In this document: positions 23,996-36,050 of the stretch, piece after piece
Position numbering within the stretch: the stretch's first letter is position 1
How the letters are laid out: every line of letters begins with the position of its first letter
The notes under the pieces: generated by a model
Seen by the model: the letters and a program-made list of their open reading frames with translations, nothing else
Database searches by the model: none
What the model was told of the DNA's origin: nothing
Program-made: the position numbers and the translations under genes
Assembly: GCF_003018255.1 (NCBI RefSeq)
Contig: NZ_CP027440.1
Reading direction: 5' to 3' (one strand)
Length of the DNA: 64,000 bases
From: Escherichia coli
Lineage (GTDB): Bacteria; Pseudomonadota; Gammaproteobacteria; Enterobacterales; Enterobacteriaceae

Positions 23996-25314
23996 GTGAA
24001 TTTTCCCAGACAGTCCCCGAACTGGTTGCCTGGGCCAGAAAAAATGACTTCTCCATCTCGCTGCCGGTAGACCGACTCTCTTTTCTGCTGGCGGTTGCCA
24101 CGCTGAACGGCGAGCGTCTGGATGGTGAGATGAGTGAAGGCGAGCTGGTGGATGCATTCCGCCATGTGAGTGATGCGTTTGAGCAAACCAGCGAAACCAT
24201 CGGCGTGCGCGCCAACAACGCGATCAACGACATGGTGCGTCAACGTCTGCTGAACCGCTTTACCAGCGAGCAGGCGGAAGGGAACGCAATTTACCGTCTG
24301 ACGCCGCTCGGCATCGGCATTACTGACTATTACATCCGTCAGCGCGAGTTTTCTACGCTGCGCCTTTCTATGCAGTTGTCGATTGTGGCGGGTGAGCTCA
24401 AACGCGCGGCAGATGCCGCCGAAGAGGGCGGTGATGAATTTCACTGGCACCGTAATGTTTATGCGCCACTGAAATATTCGGTAGCAGAAATTTTCGACAG
24501 TATCGACCTGACGCAACGTCTGATGGACGAACAGCAGCAGCAGGTGAAGGATGATATCGCCCAGTTGTTGAACAAAGACTGGCGGGCGGCGATTTCCAGC
24601 TGTGAATTGTTGCTTTCAGAAACTTCCGGAACGCTGCGTGAATTGCAGGATACGCTGGAAGCGGCAGGCGATAAATTGCAGGCTAATCTGTTGCGCATTC
24701 AGGATGCGACGATGACCCATGACGACCTGCATTTTGTCGATCGTCTGGTGTTCGATCTGCAGAGCAAACTCGACCGTATTATCAGTTGGGGCCAGCAATC
24801 CATAGACTTGTGGATTGGCTACGACCGCCACGTACACAAATTTATCCGTACTGCGATCGATATGGATAAAAACCGCGTCTTTGCTCAGCGGTTACGTCAG
24901 TCGGTACAAACCTATTTTGATGAGCCGTGGGCGCTAACTTATGCCAATGCCGATCGTCTGCTGGATATGCGTGACGAAGAGATGGTACTGCGCGATGAAG
25001 AAGTGACTGGGGAACTTCCTGAGGATCTGGAGTACGAAGAGTTTAACGAGATCCGCGAACAGCTGGCGGCGATCATCGAAGAACAACTTGCCGTGTACAA
25101 AACCAGACAAGTGCCGTTGGATCTTGGTCTGGTGGTACGCGAATATCTGTCACAGTATCCGCGTGCACGTCACTTTGACGTTGCGCGCATTGTTATTGAT
25201 CAGGCGGTACGTCTTGGCGTAGCGCAAGCAGATTTCACCGGACTGCCAGCGAAATGGCAGCCGATTAATGATTACGGAGCCAAGGTACAGGCGCATGTCA
25301 TCGACAAATATTGA
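23992..25314 (+). CDS. mukF: chromosome partition protein MukF (kleisin)
   Basis: 440-aa ORF; start overlaps the cmoM stop (ATGA); matches MukF. Confidence 0.97.
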
Positions 25315-25999
25315 ACAAGTGATGCCGGTTAAGCTGGCGCAGGCGCTGGCGAATCCGTTATTTCCGGCGCTGGATAGCGCCTTACGTTCAGGCCGTCATA
25401 TTGGCCTCGACGAACTGGATAATCATGCATTCCTGATGGATTTTCAGGAATATCTGGAAGAGTTTTACGCGCGTTATAACGTTGAGCTTATTCGTGCACC
25501 GGAAGGGTTCTTCTATCTACGCCCACGTTCCACCACGCTGATCCCTCGTTCCGTCTTGTCGGAACTGGATATGATGGTCGGGAAAATCCTCTGTTATCTC
25601 TATCTCAGCCCGGAACGGCTGGCGAATGAGGGGATTTTCACCCAGCAGGAACTGTACGACGAACTGCTCACCCTGGCCGATGAAGCGAAACTGCTGAAAC
25701 TGGTGAACAACCGTTCAACCGGTTCAGACGTTGACCGGCAGAAGTTGCAGGAGAAAGTACGTTCTTCGCTCAACCGTCTGCGTCGTTTGGGTATGGTGTG
25801 GTTTATGGGCCACGACAGCAGCAAGTTCCGCATTACCGAATCGGTGTTCCGCTTCGGAGCCGATGTGCGTGCTGGCGACGATCCCCGTGAAGCACAGCGT
25901 CGCCTGATTCGTGATGGCGAAGCAATGCCGATTGAAAATCATCTGCAACTCAACGATGAAACCGAAGAGAGTCAGCCAGATAGCGGAGAGGAAGAATAA
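25295..25999 (+). CDS. mukE: chromosome partition protein MukE
   Basis: ORF 25268..25999; start placed at ATG 25295 (MSSTNIEQV...) giving 234 aa; overlaps the mukF 3' end by 20 nt. Confidence 0.9.
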
Positions 26000-28900
26000 T
26001 GATTGAACGCGGTAAATTTCGCTCACTGACGCTGATTAACTGGAACGGCTTTTTTGCCCGAACTTTTGACCTTGACGAGCTGGTCACGACGCTTTCTGGC
26101 GGTAACGGGGCGGGTAAATCCACCACCATGGCAGCGTTCGTTACGGCGCTTATCCCCGACCTGACCCTGCTGCATTTCCGTAACACTACGGAAGCCGGGG
26201 CCACCAGCGGTTCGCGCGATAAAGGTCTGCACGGTAAGCTGAAAGCGGGTGTCTGTTATTCGATGCTCGACACCATTAACTCGCGCCACCAGCGTGTAGT
26301 GGTCGGTGTGCGTCTGCAACAGGTTGCCGGACGCGATCGTAAAGTGGATATCAAACCATTTGCCATTCAGGGCCTGCCGATGTCGGTGCAGCCGACACAA
26401 CTGGTGACCGAAACTCTGAACGAACGCCAGGCGCGCGTGCTGCCGCTTAACGAGCTGAAAGACAAGCTCGAGGCGATGGAAGGCGTGCAGTTTAAACAGT
26501 TCAACTCCATTACCGATTACCACTCGCTGATGTTCGATCTGGGCATCATCGCGCGTCGTCTGCGCTCAGCGTCTGACCGTAGTAAATTCTATCGTCTGAT
26601 CGAAGCCTCGCTGTATGGCGGGATCTCCAGCGCCATTACTCGTTCTCTGCGCGACTACCTGTTGCCGGAAAACAGTGGGGTGCGGAAAGCGTTCCAGGAC
26701 ATGGAAGCGGCGCTGCGTGAAAACCGCATGACGCTGGAAGCGATTCGTGTCACCCAGTCAGACCGTGACCTGTTTAAGCATCTGATCAGCGAAGCCACCA
26801 ACTACGTGGCGGCGGACTACATGCGTCACGCCAACGAGCGCCGTGTTCATCTCGATAAGGCCCTGGAGTTTCGTCGCGAGCTACATACTTCGCGTCAGCA
26901 ACTGGCGGCTGAGCAGTACAAACACGTCGACATGGCGCGAGAGCTGGCTGAGCACAACGGTGCCGAAGGCGATCTGGAAGCGGATTATCAGGCGGCCAGC
27001 GATCACCTGAACCTGGTGCAAACCGCACTGCGTCAGCAGGAGAAGATCGAACGCTACGAAGCGGATCTCGATGAGCTGCAGATCCGTCTGGAAGAGCAAA
27101 ACGAAGTGGTGGCAGAAGCCATCGAACGCCAGGAAGAGAACGAGGCTCGTGCGGAAGCTGCCGAACTGGAAGTGGACGAGCTGAAAAGCCAGCTTGCTGA
27201 CTACCAGCAGGCGCTGGACGTCCAGCAAACGCGCGCGATCCAGTATAACCAGGCGATTGCTGCGCTTAATCGTGCCAAAGAACTGTGCCATCTGCCGGAC
27301 TTAACCGCCGACAGCGCTGCCGAATGGCTGGAAACCTTCCAGGCGAAAGAGCTGGAAGCGACCGAAAAAATGCTCTCTCTTGAGCAGAAAATGAGCATGG
27401 CGCAAACCGCGCACAGCCAGTTTGAGCAGGCTTATCAGCTGGTGGTGGCAATCAACGGCCCGCTGGCGCGTAACGAGGCGTGGGATGTCGCTCGCGAACT
27501 ATTGCGCGAAGGGGTCGATCAGCGTCACCTGGCAGAGCAGGTTCAGCCGTTGCGGATGCGCTTAAGCGAACTGGAACAGCGTCTGCGTGAGCAGCAAGAA
27601 GCTGAGCGTCTGCTGGCAGATTTCTGCAAACGTCAGGGCAAGAATTTTGATATTGATGAACTGGAAGCTCTGCATCAGGAGCTGGAAGCACGCATTGCCT
27701 CTCTTTCCGATAGCGTCTCTAACGCCCGAGAAGAGCGGATGGCACTGCGCCAGGAACAGGAACAGCTGCAGTCTCGCATTCAGAGTTTGATGCAGCGTGC
27801 ACCGGTTTGGCTGGCAGCGCAAAACAGTCTCAACCAGTTGAGCGAACAGTGCGGCGAAGAGTTCACCTCCAGCCAGGACGTCACTGAATATCTGCAACAG
27901 TTGCTGGAGCGTGAGCGCGAAGCCATTGTTGAACGCGATGAAGTAGGCGCGCGCAAAAACGCCGTCGATGAAGAGATCGAACGTTTAAGCCAGCCAGGTG
28001 GTTCTGAAGACCAGCGTTTGAATGCGCTGGCGGAGCGTTTTGGCGGCGTGCTGCTGTCCGAAATTTATGACGACGTGAGTCTGGAAGATGCGCCGTACTT
28101 CTCGGCACTGTATGGCCCGTCACGCCACGCCATCGTGGTGCCAGATCTGTCACAGGTAACCGAACACCTGGAAGGCTTGACCGATTGCCCGGAAGATCTC
28201 TATCTGATCGAAGGGGATCCGCAGTCATTCGATGACAGCGTGTTCAGCGTTGATGAGCTGGAAAAAGCGGTAGTGGTGAAAATCGCCGATCGTCAGTGGC
28301 GTTACTCACGTTTTCCGGAAGTTCCGCTGTTTGGTCGTGCTGCGCGTGAAAGCCGTATTGAAAGCCTCCATGCCGAGCGTGAAGTGCTTTCCGAACGCTT
28401 CGCCACGCTCTCTTTTGATGTACAGAAAACCCAGCGTCTGCATCAGGCGTTCAGCCGCTTTATAGGTAGTCATCTGGCGGTGGCGTTTGAGTCTGATCCG
28501 GAAGCCGAAATCCGTCAACTGAACAGCCGTCGCGTCGAACTGGAGCGGGCGCTGAGTAATCATGAAAATGATAACCAGCAGCAGCGTATTCAATTTGAGC
28601 AGGCGAAAGAGGGCGTTACGGCGCTGAACCGCATTCTGCCGCGTCTCAACCTGTTGGCTGATGACAGCCTGGCGGATCGCGTCGATGAAATCCGCGAACG
28701 TCTGGATGAAGCCCAGGAAGCCGCGCGTTTTGTTCAGCAGTTTGGCAATCAACTGGCGAAACTGGAACCGATCGTTTCGGTATTGCAGAGCGACCCGGAA
28801 CAGTTCGAACAGTTAAAAGAAGATTACGCGTACTCTCAGCAGATGCAGCGCGATGCCCGTCAGCAGGCGTTTGCCCTGACGGAAGTGGTGCAGCGTCGTG

Positions 28901-30459
28901 CGCACTTTAGCTACTCTGACTCGGCAGAAATGCTGAGCGGTAACAGCGATCTCAACGAAAAACTGCGTGAACGTCTGGAACAGGCGGAAGCGGAGCGTAC
29001 CCGCGCGCGTGAAGCGTTGCGCGGACACGCAGCGCAGTTGAGTCAGTACAACCAGGTGCTGGCTTCGCTGAAAAGTTCTTACGACACCAAAAAAGAGCTA
29101 CTCAACGATCTGCAACGTGAATTGCAGGATATCGGCGTGCGTGCTGATAGCGGGGCAGAAGAGCGGGCGCGTATTCGCCGTGACGAGTTGCACGCGCAAC
29201 TGAGCAATAACCGTTCACGCCGCAATCAACTGGAAAAAGCGCTTACCTTCTGCGAAGCGGAGATGGACAACCTGACCCGCAAACTGCGCAAGCTGGAGCG
29301 TGATTACTTTGAGATGCGCGAGCAGGTAGTGACCGCGAAAGCGGGCTGGTGTGCAGTCATGCGCATGGTGAAAGATAACGGCGTTGAACGCCGCTTACAC
29401 CGTCGTGAGCTGGCTTATCTCTCCGCTGATGATTTGCGTTCCATGTCGGATAAGGCGTTAGGTGCGCTGCGTCTGGCGGTGGCGGATAACGAACATCTGC
29501 GCGACGTGCTGCGGATGTCGGAAGATCCAAAACGTCCGGAACGTAAAATTCAGTTCTTCGTGGCGGTTTATCAGCATCTGCGTGAACGTATTCGTCAGGA
29601 TATTATTCGTACCGATGATCCGGTGGAAGCTATCGAACAGATGGAGATCGAACTTAGCCGTCTGACCGAAGAGTTAACCTCCCGTGAACAGAAACTGGCG
29701 ATCAGTTCCCGCAGCGTGGCGAACATTATTCGCAAAACCATTCAGCGCGAACAGAACCGTATCCGTATGCTCAACCAGGGTTTGCAGAACGTATCGTTCG
29801 GTCAGGTAAACAGCGTACGTCTGAATGTGAACGTGCGTGAAACGCACGCCATGCTGCTGGATGTGCTCTCTGAACAGCACGAGCAGCATCAGGATCTGTT
29901 TAACAGCAACCGTCTGACCTTCTCGGAAGCGCTGGCGAAATTGTATCAGCGTCTTAATCCGCAGATTGATATGGGGCAGCGCACGCCGCAGACCATTGGC
30001 GAAGAACTGCTGGATTACCGCAACTATCTGGAAATGGAAGTTGAGGTTAACCGTGGTTCTGATGGCTGGCTGCGCGCAGAATCTGGCGCTCTGTCGACCG
30101 GTGAGGCGATTGGTACCGGTATGTCGATTCTGGTGATGGTGGTACAAAGCTGGGAAGATGAATCTCGCCGCCTGCGCGGTAAAGATATCTCTCCTTGCCG
30201 CCTGCTGTTCCTCGATGAAGCAGCGCGACTGGATGCTCGTTCTATCGCCACGCTGTTTGAATTGTGTGAACGTTTGCAAATGCAGCTCATCATCGCAGCG
30301 CCGGAAAATATCAGTCCGGAAAAAGGCACCACCTATAAACTGGTGCGTAAAGTCTTCCAGAATACCGAACACGTTCACGTCGTCGGCCTGCGAGGATTTG
30401 CGCCGCAACTCCCTGAAACGCTTCCAGGAAGTGACGAAGCGCCTTACCAAGCGAGTTAA
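25999..30459 (+). CDS. mukB: chromosome partition protein MukB (SMC-like condensin)
   Basis: 1486-aa ORF; N-terminal Walker [10 protein letters not shown], long coiled coils, C-terminal signature region; start overlaps the mukE stop (TAATG). Confidence 0.98.
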   Translation: MIERGKFRSLTLINWNGFFARTFDLDELVTTLSGGNGAGKSTTMAAFVTALIPDLTLLHFRNTTEAGATSGSRDKGLHGKLKAGVCYSMLDTINSRHQRVVVGVRLQQVAGRDRKVDIKPFAIQGLPMSVQPTQLVTETLNERQARVLPLNELKDKLEAMEGVQFKQFNSITDYHSLMFDLGIIARRLRSASDRSKFYRLIEASLYGGISSAITRSLRDYLLPENSGVRKAFQDMEAALRENRMTLEAIRVTQSDRDLFKHLISEATNYVAADYMRHANERRVHLDKALEFRRELHTSRQQLAAEQYKHVDMARELAEHNGAEGDLEADYQAASDHLNLVQTALRQQEKIERYEADLDELQIRLEEQNEVVAEAIERQEENEARAEAAELEVDELKSQLADYQQALDVQQTRAIQYNQAIAALNRAKELCHLPDLTADSAAEWLETFQAKELEATEKMLSLEQKMSMAQTAHSQFEQAYQLVVAINGPLARNEAWDVARELLREGVDQRHLAEQVQPLRMRLSELEQRLREQQEAERLLADFCKRQGKNFDIDELEALHQELEARIASLSDSVSNAREERMALRQEQEQLQSRIQSLMQRAPVWLAAQNSLNQLSEQCGEEFTSSQDVTEYLQQLLEREREAIVERDEVGARKNAVDEEIERLSQPGGSEDQRLNALAERFGGVLLSEIYDDVSLEDAPYFSALYGPSRHAIVVPDLSQVTEHLEGLTDCPEDLYLIEGDPQSFDDSVFSVDELEKAVVVKIADRQWRYSRFPEVPLFGRAARESRIESLHAEREVLSERFATLSFDVQKTQRLHQAFSRFIGSHLAVAFESDPEAEIRQLNSRRVELERALSNHENDNQQQRIQFEQAKEGVTALNRILPRLNLLADDSLADRVDEIRERLDEAQEAARFVQQFGNQLAKLEPIVSVLQSDPEQFEQLKEDYAYSQQMQRDARQQAFALTEVVQRRAHFSYSDSAEMLSGNSDLNEKLRERLEQAEAERTRAREALRGHAAQLSQYNQVLASLKSSYDTKKELLNDLQRELQDIGVRADSGAEERARIRRDELHAQLSNNRSRRNQLEKALTFCEAEMDNLTRKLRKLERDYFEMREQVVTAKAGWCAVMRMVKDNGVERRLHRRELAYLSADDLRSMSDKALGALRLAVADNEHLRDVLRMSEDPKRPERKIQFFVAVYQHLRERIRQDIIRTDDPVEAIEQMEIELSRLTEELTSREQKLAISSRSVANIIRKTIQREQNRIRMLNQGLQNVSFGQVNSVRLNVNVRETHAMLLDVLSEQHEQHQDLFNSNRLTFSEALAKLYQRLNPQIDMGQRTPQTIGEELLDYRNYLEMEVEVNRGSDGWLRAESGALSTGEAIGTGMSILVMVVQSWEDESRRLRGKDISPCRLLFLDEAARLDARSIATLFELCERLQMQLIIAAPENISPEKGTTYKLVRKVFQNTEHVHVVGLRGFAPQLPETLPGSDEAPYQAS

Positions 30460-30463
30460 AATG

Positions 30464-30490
30464 AAGGCGGCAGCAATGCCGCCTTTTCTT
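30464..30490 (+). terminator. Rho-independent terminator of smtA-mukFEB
   Basis: Hairpin aaggcggca-gcaa-tgccgcctt followed by TTCTT, 5 nt after the mukB stop. Confidence 0.7.
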
Positions 30491-30502
30491 GTGCACAGAA
30501 AA

Positions 30503-30521
30503 CCCCCAGCTAGGCTGGGGG
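30503..30521 (+). repeat. IS200 left-end subterminal hairpin
   Basis: Perfect 8-bp GC stem cccccagc-tag-gctggggg. Confidence 0.6.
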
Positions 30522-30558
30522 TTCCGGAAAGCTTTCAGCTTTGAGCCAGTTATTAAAA

Positions 30559-30627
30559 CCCCTTTTGATTTGTTAAAACACCTTGCGGTCTGGCAACTGC
30601 AAGTGTCAAACAAGAAATCAAAAGGGG
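30559..30627 (+). promoter_or_regulatory. long-range stem sequestering the tnpA ribosome-binding site
   Basis: ccccttttgatt (30559-30570) is exactly complementary to aatcaaaagggg (30616-30627), which contains the Shine-Dalgarno immediately upstream of tnpA ATG 30634; matches the known translational occlusion in IS200. Confidence 0.55.
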
Positions 30628-30633
30628 GTCCCA

Positions 30634-31092
30634 ATGGGGAACGAAAAGAGCTTAGCGCACACCCGATGGAACTGTAAATATCACATAGTTTTTGCGCCAA
30701 AATACCGAAGACAAGTGTTCTACAGAGAGAAGCGTAGAGCAATAGGCAGTATTTTGAGAAAGCTGTGTGAGTGGAAAAGCGTACGGATTCTTGAAGCTGA
30801 ATGCTGTGCAGATCATATCCATATGCTTGTGGAGATCCCGCCCAAAATGAGTGTATCCGGCTTTATGGGATATCTGAAAGGGAAAAGCAGTCTGATGCTT
30901 TACGAGCAGTTTGGTGATTTGAAATTCAAATACAGGAACAGAGAGTTCTGGTGCAGAGGGTACTACGTCGATACGGTGGGTAAGAACACGGCGAAGATAC
31001 AGGATTACATAAAGCACCAGCTTGAAGAGGATAAAATGGGAGAGCAGTTATCGATTCCCTATCCGGGCAGCCCGTTTACGGGCCGTAAGTAA
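30634..31092 (+). CDS. tnpA: IS200/IS605-family transposase TnpA (HUH Y1 single-strand transposase)
   Basis: ORF 30583..31092; start moved to ATG 30634 (MGNEKSLAHTRWNCKYHIVFAPKYRR...) giving 152 aa; HUH motif within DHIHMLVEIP; near-identical to Salmonella IS200 TnpA as recalled. Confidence 0.95.
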   Translation: MGNEKSLAHTRWNCKYHIVFAPKYRRQVFYREKRRAIGSILRKLCEWKSVRILEAECCADHIHMLVEIPPKMSVSGFMGYLKGKSSLMLYEQFGDLKFKYRNREFWCRGYYVDTVGKNTAKIQDYIKHQLEEDKMGEQLSIPYPGSPFTGRK

Positions 31093-31173
31093 CGAAGTTG
31101 GATGCAAATGTCAGATCGTGTGCGCCTGTTAGGGCGCGGCTGGTAAGAGAGCCTTATAGGCGCATTTGAAAAA

Positions 31174-31192
31174 CCTCCGGCTATGCCGGAGG
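31174..31192 (+). repeat. IS200 right-end subterminal hairpin
   Basis: Perfect stem cctccggc-tat-gccggagg followed by ATATTTATTTT. Confidence 0.6.
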
Positions 31193-31429
31193 ATATTTAT
31201 TTTCCGAAAACTCCGTTTCTGCACTAAAAAAGTGGCACATTACGGCGCGCTTTTCTTTAAACTTCTTTACATTAGGTTATGTAAAAACGTATCGGCGTTT
31301 ATATACTGAAGATAAGCCTGATGAGTAACAGGCTTGCTCGTCATACTTTCGTGAGTATTGGCGTTGTACAGGCAAGTCGTAAAATAACAGCCTGGCTATT
31401 CAGAGTATGATAAAAACAGGGGGCAAGGG

Positions 31430-33277
31430 ATGTTGCTTAATATGATGTGTGGTCGTCGGCTGTCGGCAATCAGTTTGTGCCTGGCCGTAACATTCGCTCC
31501 ACTGTTCAATGCGCAGGCCGATGAGCCTGAAGTAATCCCTGGCGACAGCCCGGTGGCTGTCAGTGAACAGGGCGAGGCACTGCCGCAGGCGCAAGCCACG
31601 GCAATAATGGCGGGGATCCAGCCATTGCCTGAAGGTGCGGCTGAAAAAGCCCGCACGCAAATCGAATCTCAATTACCCGCAGGTTATAAGCCGGTTTATC
31701 TTAACCAGCTTCAATTGTTGTATGCCGCACGCGATATGCAACCCATGTGGGAAAACCGTGATGCTGTTAAAGCCTTCCAGCAACAGCTGGCAGAGGTGGC
31801 GATTGCCGGTTTCCAGCCGCAGTTTAATAAATGGGTAGAGTTACTGACCGATCCTGGTGTTAACGGGAGGGCACGCGACGTGGTGCTCTCTGATGCGATG
31901 ATGGGCTATCTCCATTTCATTGCAAATATTCCGGTCAAAGGCACTCGCTGGCTATATAGCAGTAAACCTTATGCGCTTTCAACGCCGCCGCTTTCGGTGA
32001 TTAACCAATGGCAGCTGGCGCTGGATAAAGGTCAATTGCCTACGTTTGTTGTAGGATTGGCACCGCAGCATCCGCAATATGCGGCGATGCATGAATCGTT
32101 ACTGGCCTTACTCAGTGACACCAAACCGTGGCCCCAACTGACCGGCAAAGCAACGTTGCGCCCAGGACAGTGGAGTAACGACGTACCGGCGTTGCGCGAA
32201 ATATTGCAACGTACAGGCATGTTGGACGGGGGACCGAAAATTACGCTACCTGGCGATGACACGCCAACTGACGCGGTAGTCAGCCCATCCGCTGTTACTA
32301 TTGAAACAGCAGAAACTAAGCCGATGGACAAGCAAACTACGTCTCGTAGTAAACCTGCGCCTGTCGTTCGTGCCGCCTACGATAATGAACTGGTGGAAGC
32401 CGTTAAACGTTTTCAGGCATGGCAAGGATTGGGGGCAGATGGTGCTATTGGCCCGGCAACGCGTGACTGGTTAAACGTAACGCCCGCCCAGCGTGCTGGC
32501 GTGTTGGCACTCAACATCCAGCGATTGCGCTTGCTGCCAACAGAGCTTTCTACCGGGATCATGGTTAACATTCCAGCCTATTCGCTGGTCTACTATCAGA
32601 ACGGCAATCAGGTGCTGGATTCGCGAGTCATTGTCGGTCGCCCCGATCGCAAAACGCCGATGATGAGCAGTGCACTTAACAACGTAGTGGTAAACCCGCC
32701 GTGGAACGTACCACCAACTCTGGCACGCAAAGATATTCTGCCGAAAGTGCGCAACGATCCGGGATATCTCGAAAGCCATGGCTATACGGTGATGCGCGGC
32801 TGGAACAGCAGAGAAGCGATTGACCCATGGCAGGTTGACTGGTCTACAATCACGGCCTCGAATTTACCGTTCCGCTTCCAGCAGGCTCCAGGCCCACGGA
32901 ACTCGCTGGGGCGCTATAAATTCAATATGCCGAGTTCAGAGGCCATTTATTTGCATGACACGCCGAACCACAATCTGTTCAAGCGTGATACACGCGCATT
33001 GAGCTCAGGCTGTGTACGAGTGAATAAAGCTTCCGATCTGGCGAATATGCTGTTGCAGGATGCAGGCTGGAATGACAAACGTATTTCTGATGCGCTGAAG
33101 CAGGGCGATACGCGTTACGTCAATATTCGGCAGTCGATTCCGGTGAATCTCTACTATCTGACGGCCTTTGTTGGTGCAGATGGTCGTACCCAGTATCGTA
33201 CAGATATTTACAATTATGATCTGCCTGCGCGATCCAGCTCGCAAATTGTATCGAAAGCGGAACAATTAATCAGGTAA
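31430..33277 (+). CDS. ldtD: L,D-transpeptidase LdtD (forms 3-3 peptidoglycan cross-links)
   Basis: 615-aa ORF; signal peptide; YkuD-type catalytic region (HxxxxxxxxSxGCxR context, ...LSSGCVRV); matches YcbB/LdtD. Confidence 0.95.
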   Translation: MLLNMMCGRRLSAISLCLAVTFAPLFNAQADEPEVIPGDSPVAVSEQGEALPQAQATAIMAGIQPLPEGAAEKARTQIESQLPAGYKPVYLNQLQLLYAARDMQPMWENRDAVKAFQQQLAEVAIAGFQPQFNKWVELLTDPGVNGRARDVVLSDAMMGYLHFIANIPVKGTRWLYSSKPYALSTPPLSVINQWQLALDKGQLPTFVVGLAPQHPQYAAMHESLLALLSDTKPWPQLTGKATLRPGQWSNDVPALREILQRTGMLDGGPKITLPGDDTPTDAVVSPSAVTIETAETKPMDKQTTSRSKPAPVVRAAYDNELVEAVKRFQAWQGLGADGAIGPATRDWLNVTPAQRAGVLALNIQRLRLLPTELSTGIMVNIPAYSLVYYQNGNQVLDSRVIVGRPDRKTPMMSSALNNVVVNPPWNVPPTLARKDILPKVRNDPGYLESHGYTVMRGWNSREAIDPWQVDWSTITASNLPFRFQQAPGPRNSLGRYKFNMPSSEAIYLHDTPNHNLFKRDTRALSSGCVRVNKASDLANMLLQDAGWNDKRISDALKQGDTRYVNIRQSIPVNLYYLTAFVGADGRTQYRTDIYNYDLPARSSSQIVSKAEQLIR

Positions 33278-33457
33278 ATGAAGCAGTTCGGGGAAATCAG
33301 TTGTCGTAATAATTAGCATGATTGGGGGCAATTCTCTGCAGCCCCCGTCACTGCTGGGGTTGAGTCATCTTGACGTCTGCTTTACGGGCGGTTAAGGTGC
33401 CTCTTGTGCGCCAGAAGTGCATATAAACGATAACATTGACCTGTAGACTTGATTATC

Positions 33458-34006
33458 ATGGACAAATTCGACGCTAATCGCCGCAAATTGCTGGCGCTTG
33501 GTGGCGTTGCACTCGGTGCCGCCATCCTGCCGACCCCTGCGTTTGCAACACTCTCTACCCCACGCCCGCGCATTTTGACACTCAATAATCTTCATACCGG
33601 AGAGTCAATCAAAGCGGAGTTTTTCGATGGCAGAGGCTATATTCAGGAAGAATTGGCAAAACTTAACCATTTTTTCCGCGATTACCGCGCGAACAAAATA
33701 AAGTCCATCGACCCAGGATTATTCGACCAGTTGTATCGCCTGCAAGGGTTGTTAGGTACCCGCAAACCGGTGCAACTCATTTCCGGTTATCGTTCCATTG
33801 ATACCAACAATGAACTACGCGCCCGCAGCCGTGGAGTAGCGAAGAAAAGCTATCACACGAAAGGGCAGGCGATGGATTTCCATATTGAAGGTATCGCGTT
33901 AAGCAATATTCGCAAAGCCGCGTTATCTATGCGCGCAGGTGGTGTAGGATATTACCCACGTAGTAACTTTGTGCATATTGATACCGGGCCAGCACGGCAC
34001 TGGTAG
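33458..34006 (+). CDS. mepK: M15-family peptidoglycan endopeptidase MepK (cleaves 3-3 cross-links)
   Basis: ORF 33449..34006 (TTG); start moved to ATG 33458 (MDKFDANRRKLL...); twin-arginine signal RRKLLALGG; 182 aa; matches YcbK. Confidence 0.9.
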   Translation: MDKFDANRRKLLALGGVALGAAILPTPAFATLSTPRPRILTLNNLHTGESIKAEFFDGRGYIQEELAKLNHFFRDYRANKIKSIDPGLFDQLYRLQGLLGTRKPVQLISGYRSIDTNNELRARSRGVAKKSYHTKGQAMDFHIEGIALSNIRKAALSMRAGGVGYYPRSNFVHIDTGPARHW

Positions 34007-34032
34007 CAATTGCTTAACGAAACAGGGGCAGT

Positions 34033-34680
34033 ATGAACTATCGTATTATTCCGGTCACCGCATTCTCCCAGAACTGTTCATTGATCTGGTGTGAACAAAC
34101 CCGCCTGGCCGCACTGGTCGATCCTGGCGGCGATGCGGAAAAAATCAAACAGGAAGTTGACGCCAGCGGCCTGACACTGATGCAGATCCTGCTGACGCAT
34201 GGTCATCTGGACCACGTTGGTGCAGCGGCGGAACTGGCGCAACATTACGGCGTGCCGGTTTTTGGCCCGGAAAAAGAAGATGAGTTCTGGCTGCAAGGCT
34301 TGCCTGCGCAAAGTCGTATGTTTGGTCTGGAAGAGTGCCAGCCGCTGACGCCGGATCGTTGGCTGAACGAAGGCGATACCATCAGCATAGGGAATGTGGC
34401 TTTACAGGTGTTACATTGCCCTGGGCATACGCCGGGTCATGTCGTGTTTTTTGATGATCGGGCAAAGCTGCTGATTTCTGGCGACGTTATTTTCAAAGGC
34501 GGAGTAGGGCGCAGTGACTTCCCGCGTGGCGATCATAATCAACTGATTTCTTCAATCAAAGATAAGTTGCTGCCACTGGGGGATGACGTGACATTTATTC
34601 CGGGTCACGGACCATTATCCACACTTGGTTATGAGCGCCTGCATAATCCCTTCCTGCAAGACGAAATGCCCGTCTGGTAA
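34033..34680 (+). CDS. gloC: metallo-beta-lactamase-fold hydroxyacylglutathione hydrolase (glyoxalase II-like)
   Basis: 215-aa ORF; THGHLDH metal-binding motif; matches YcbL/GloC. Confidence 0.92.
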   Translation: MNYRIIPVTAFSQNCSLIWCEQTRLAALVDPGGDAEKIKQEVDASGLTLMQILLTHGHLDHVGAAAELAQHYGVPVFGPEKEDEFWLQGLPAQSRMFGLEECQPLTPDRWLNEGDTISIGNVALQVLHCPGHTPGHVVFFDDRAKLLISGDVIFKGGVGRSDFPRGDHNQLISSIKDKLLPLGDDVTFIPGHGPLSTLGYERLHNPFLQDEMPVW

Positions 34681-34689
34681 AGGCGCATA

Positions 34690-34725
34690 AAAAAGCCCGC
34701 TTTTTAAGCGGGCTTCATTGTTTTT
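34690..34725. terminator. bidirectional Rho-independent terminator (gloC on +, aspC on -)
   Basis: Hairpin agcccgc-tttttaa-gcgggct flanked by an A-run upstream and a T-run downstream, between convergent genes. Confidence 0.7.
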
Positions 34726-34730
34726 AACGC

Positions 34731-35921
34731 TTACAGCACTGCCACAATCGCTTCGCACAGCGGAGCCATATTATCTGGTGTCATCCCGGCCACGTTTACG
34801 CGACCAGAAGCAACAGCATATACGCCAAACTCTTCGCGCAGACGCAGCACTTGTTCTTTTGTCAGGCCACTGAAGGAGAACATGCCGTTCTGTTTGATGA
34901 TAAAGCTGAAGTCGCGATTTGCGCCTTTTTCCTGCAGCGTATTGACGAACAACTGACGCATACGCTGAATACGCTGGCGCATATCAGTCAGTTCTTGTTC
35001 CCAAATCGCACGTAACGCATCGTTGCTCAGGATGGTGGCAACAACAGAAGCGCCGTGTGCTGGTGGGTTAGAGTAGTTAGCGCGAATCGCCGCTTTCATT
35101 TGGCTGAATGCGCGATCAATGGTTTCACTGTCAGCAGCAACCAGAGTACAAGCGCCAACACGCTCGTTGTACAGGCCAAAGTTTTTAGAGTAGGAACTGG
35201 CAACAATCAGCTCTTTATGCATAGCCGCGAAAGCGCGCAGTCCTTCAGCATCTTCTTCCAGACCACGGGCAAACCCCTGGTAAGCGAAGTCAAACAGCGG
35301 TAACCAGCCTTTCTCAACGGAAAGTTGTGCCAGTGTCTGCCATTGTTCCAGCGTAGGGTCGATACCGGTTGGGTTATGGCAGCAGCCATGGAACAGCACC
35401 ACGTCGCCAGCCTGAGCTTCGTTCAGGCTGTTAATCAGTGCATCGAAGTCAAGGGTGTGATTTTCCGCATCATAATAAGCGTATTCACGAACTTCCAGAC
35501 CTGCAGAGTTAAAGACGCTCTTATGGTTCGGCCAGCTTGGGTTGCTCACCCACACACGCTTAACGCTGGTATTTTTTGCCAGGAAATCGGCAGCCACGCG
35601 TAGTGCGCCAGTGCCACCCGGAGTCTGTGCCGTGCGAGCACGTTTGTCATTGATCAGGGCGCTACCTTTACCAAACAGCAGTTCCTGAGTGCAGCGACCA
35701 AATTCAGGGATGCCGTCAATGCCGAGGTAATTTTTGGTGGTTTCATTTTCGAGCAGATACTGTTCAGCCTTTTTCACACTGGTCAGTACCGGGGTTTTGC
35801 CCGTCTCATCTTTATAGACACCAATCCCGAGGTTAATTTTGCCGGGACGTTCATCGGCACGAAACAGATCGGCCAGGCCCAGAATCGGGTCGGCAGGAGC
35901 GGCGGTAATGTTCTCAAACAT
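34731..35921 (-). CDS. aspC: aspartate aminotransferase
   Basis: 396-aa ORF; matches AspC (PLP enzyme). Confidence 0.97.
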   Translation of the reverse strand: MFENITAAPADPILGLADLFRADERPGKINLGIGVYKDETGKTPVLTSVKKAEQYLLENETTKNYLGIDGIPEFGRCTQELLFGKGSALINDKRARTAQTPGGTGALRVAADFLAKNTSVKRVWVSNPSWPNHKSVFNSAGLEVREYAYYDAENHTLDFDALINSLNEAQAGDVVLFHGCCHNPTGIDPTLEQWQTLAQLSVEKGWLPLFDFAYQGFARGLEEDAEGLRAFAAMHKELIVASSYSKNFGLYNERVGACTLVAADSETIDRAFSQMKAAIRANYSNPPAHGASVVATILSNDALRAIWEQELTDMRQRIQRMRQLFVNTLQEKGANRDFSFIIKQNGMFSFSGLTKEQVLRLREEFGVYAVASGRVNVAGMTPDNMAPLCEAIVAVL

Positions 35922-36050
35922 GACGAGGTTCCATTATGGTTACAGAAGGGAAGTCCGCTATCAGGGTAACGGGAGATTTACAAAATTCCAACTATTACTG
36001 ATGAAAACGCAGGCTGTTTTTGCAAGACGTGAGATTGCTCTGGAAGGCAT

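Larger units (their letters stand above)
30491..31205 (+). mobile_element. IS200-like insertion sequence (IS200/IS605 family); boundaries approximate (about +/-15 bp)
   Basis: Contains a 152-aa HUH (Y1) transposase ORF, subterminal hairpins at both ends, no terminal inverted repeats; mukB-ldtD spacer is 970 bp versus ~260 bp recalled for K-12, an excess of ~0.71 kb matching IS200 size. Confidence 0.85.
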
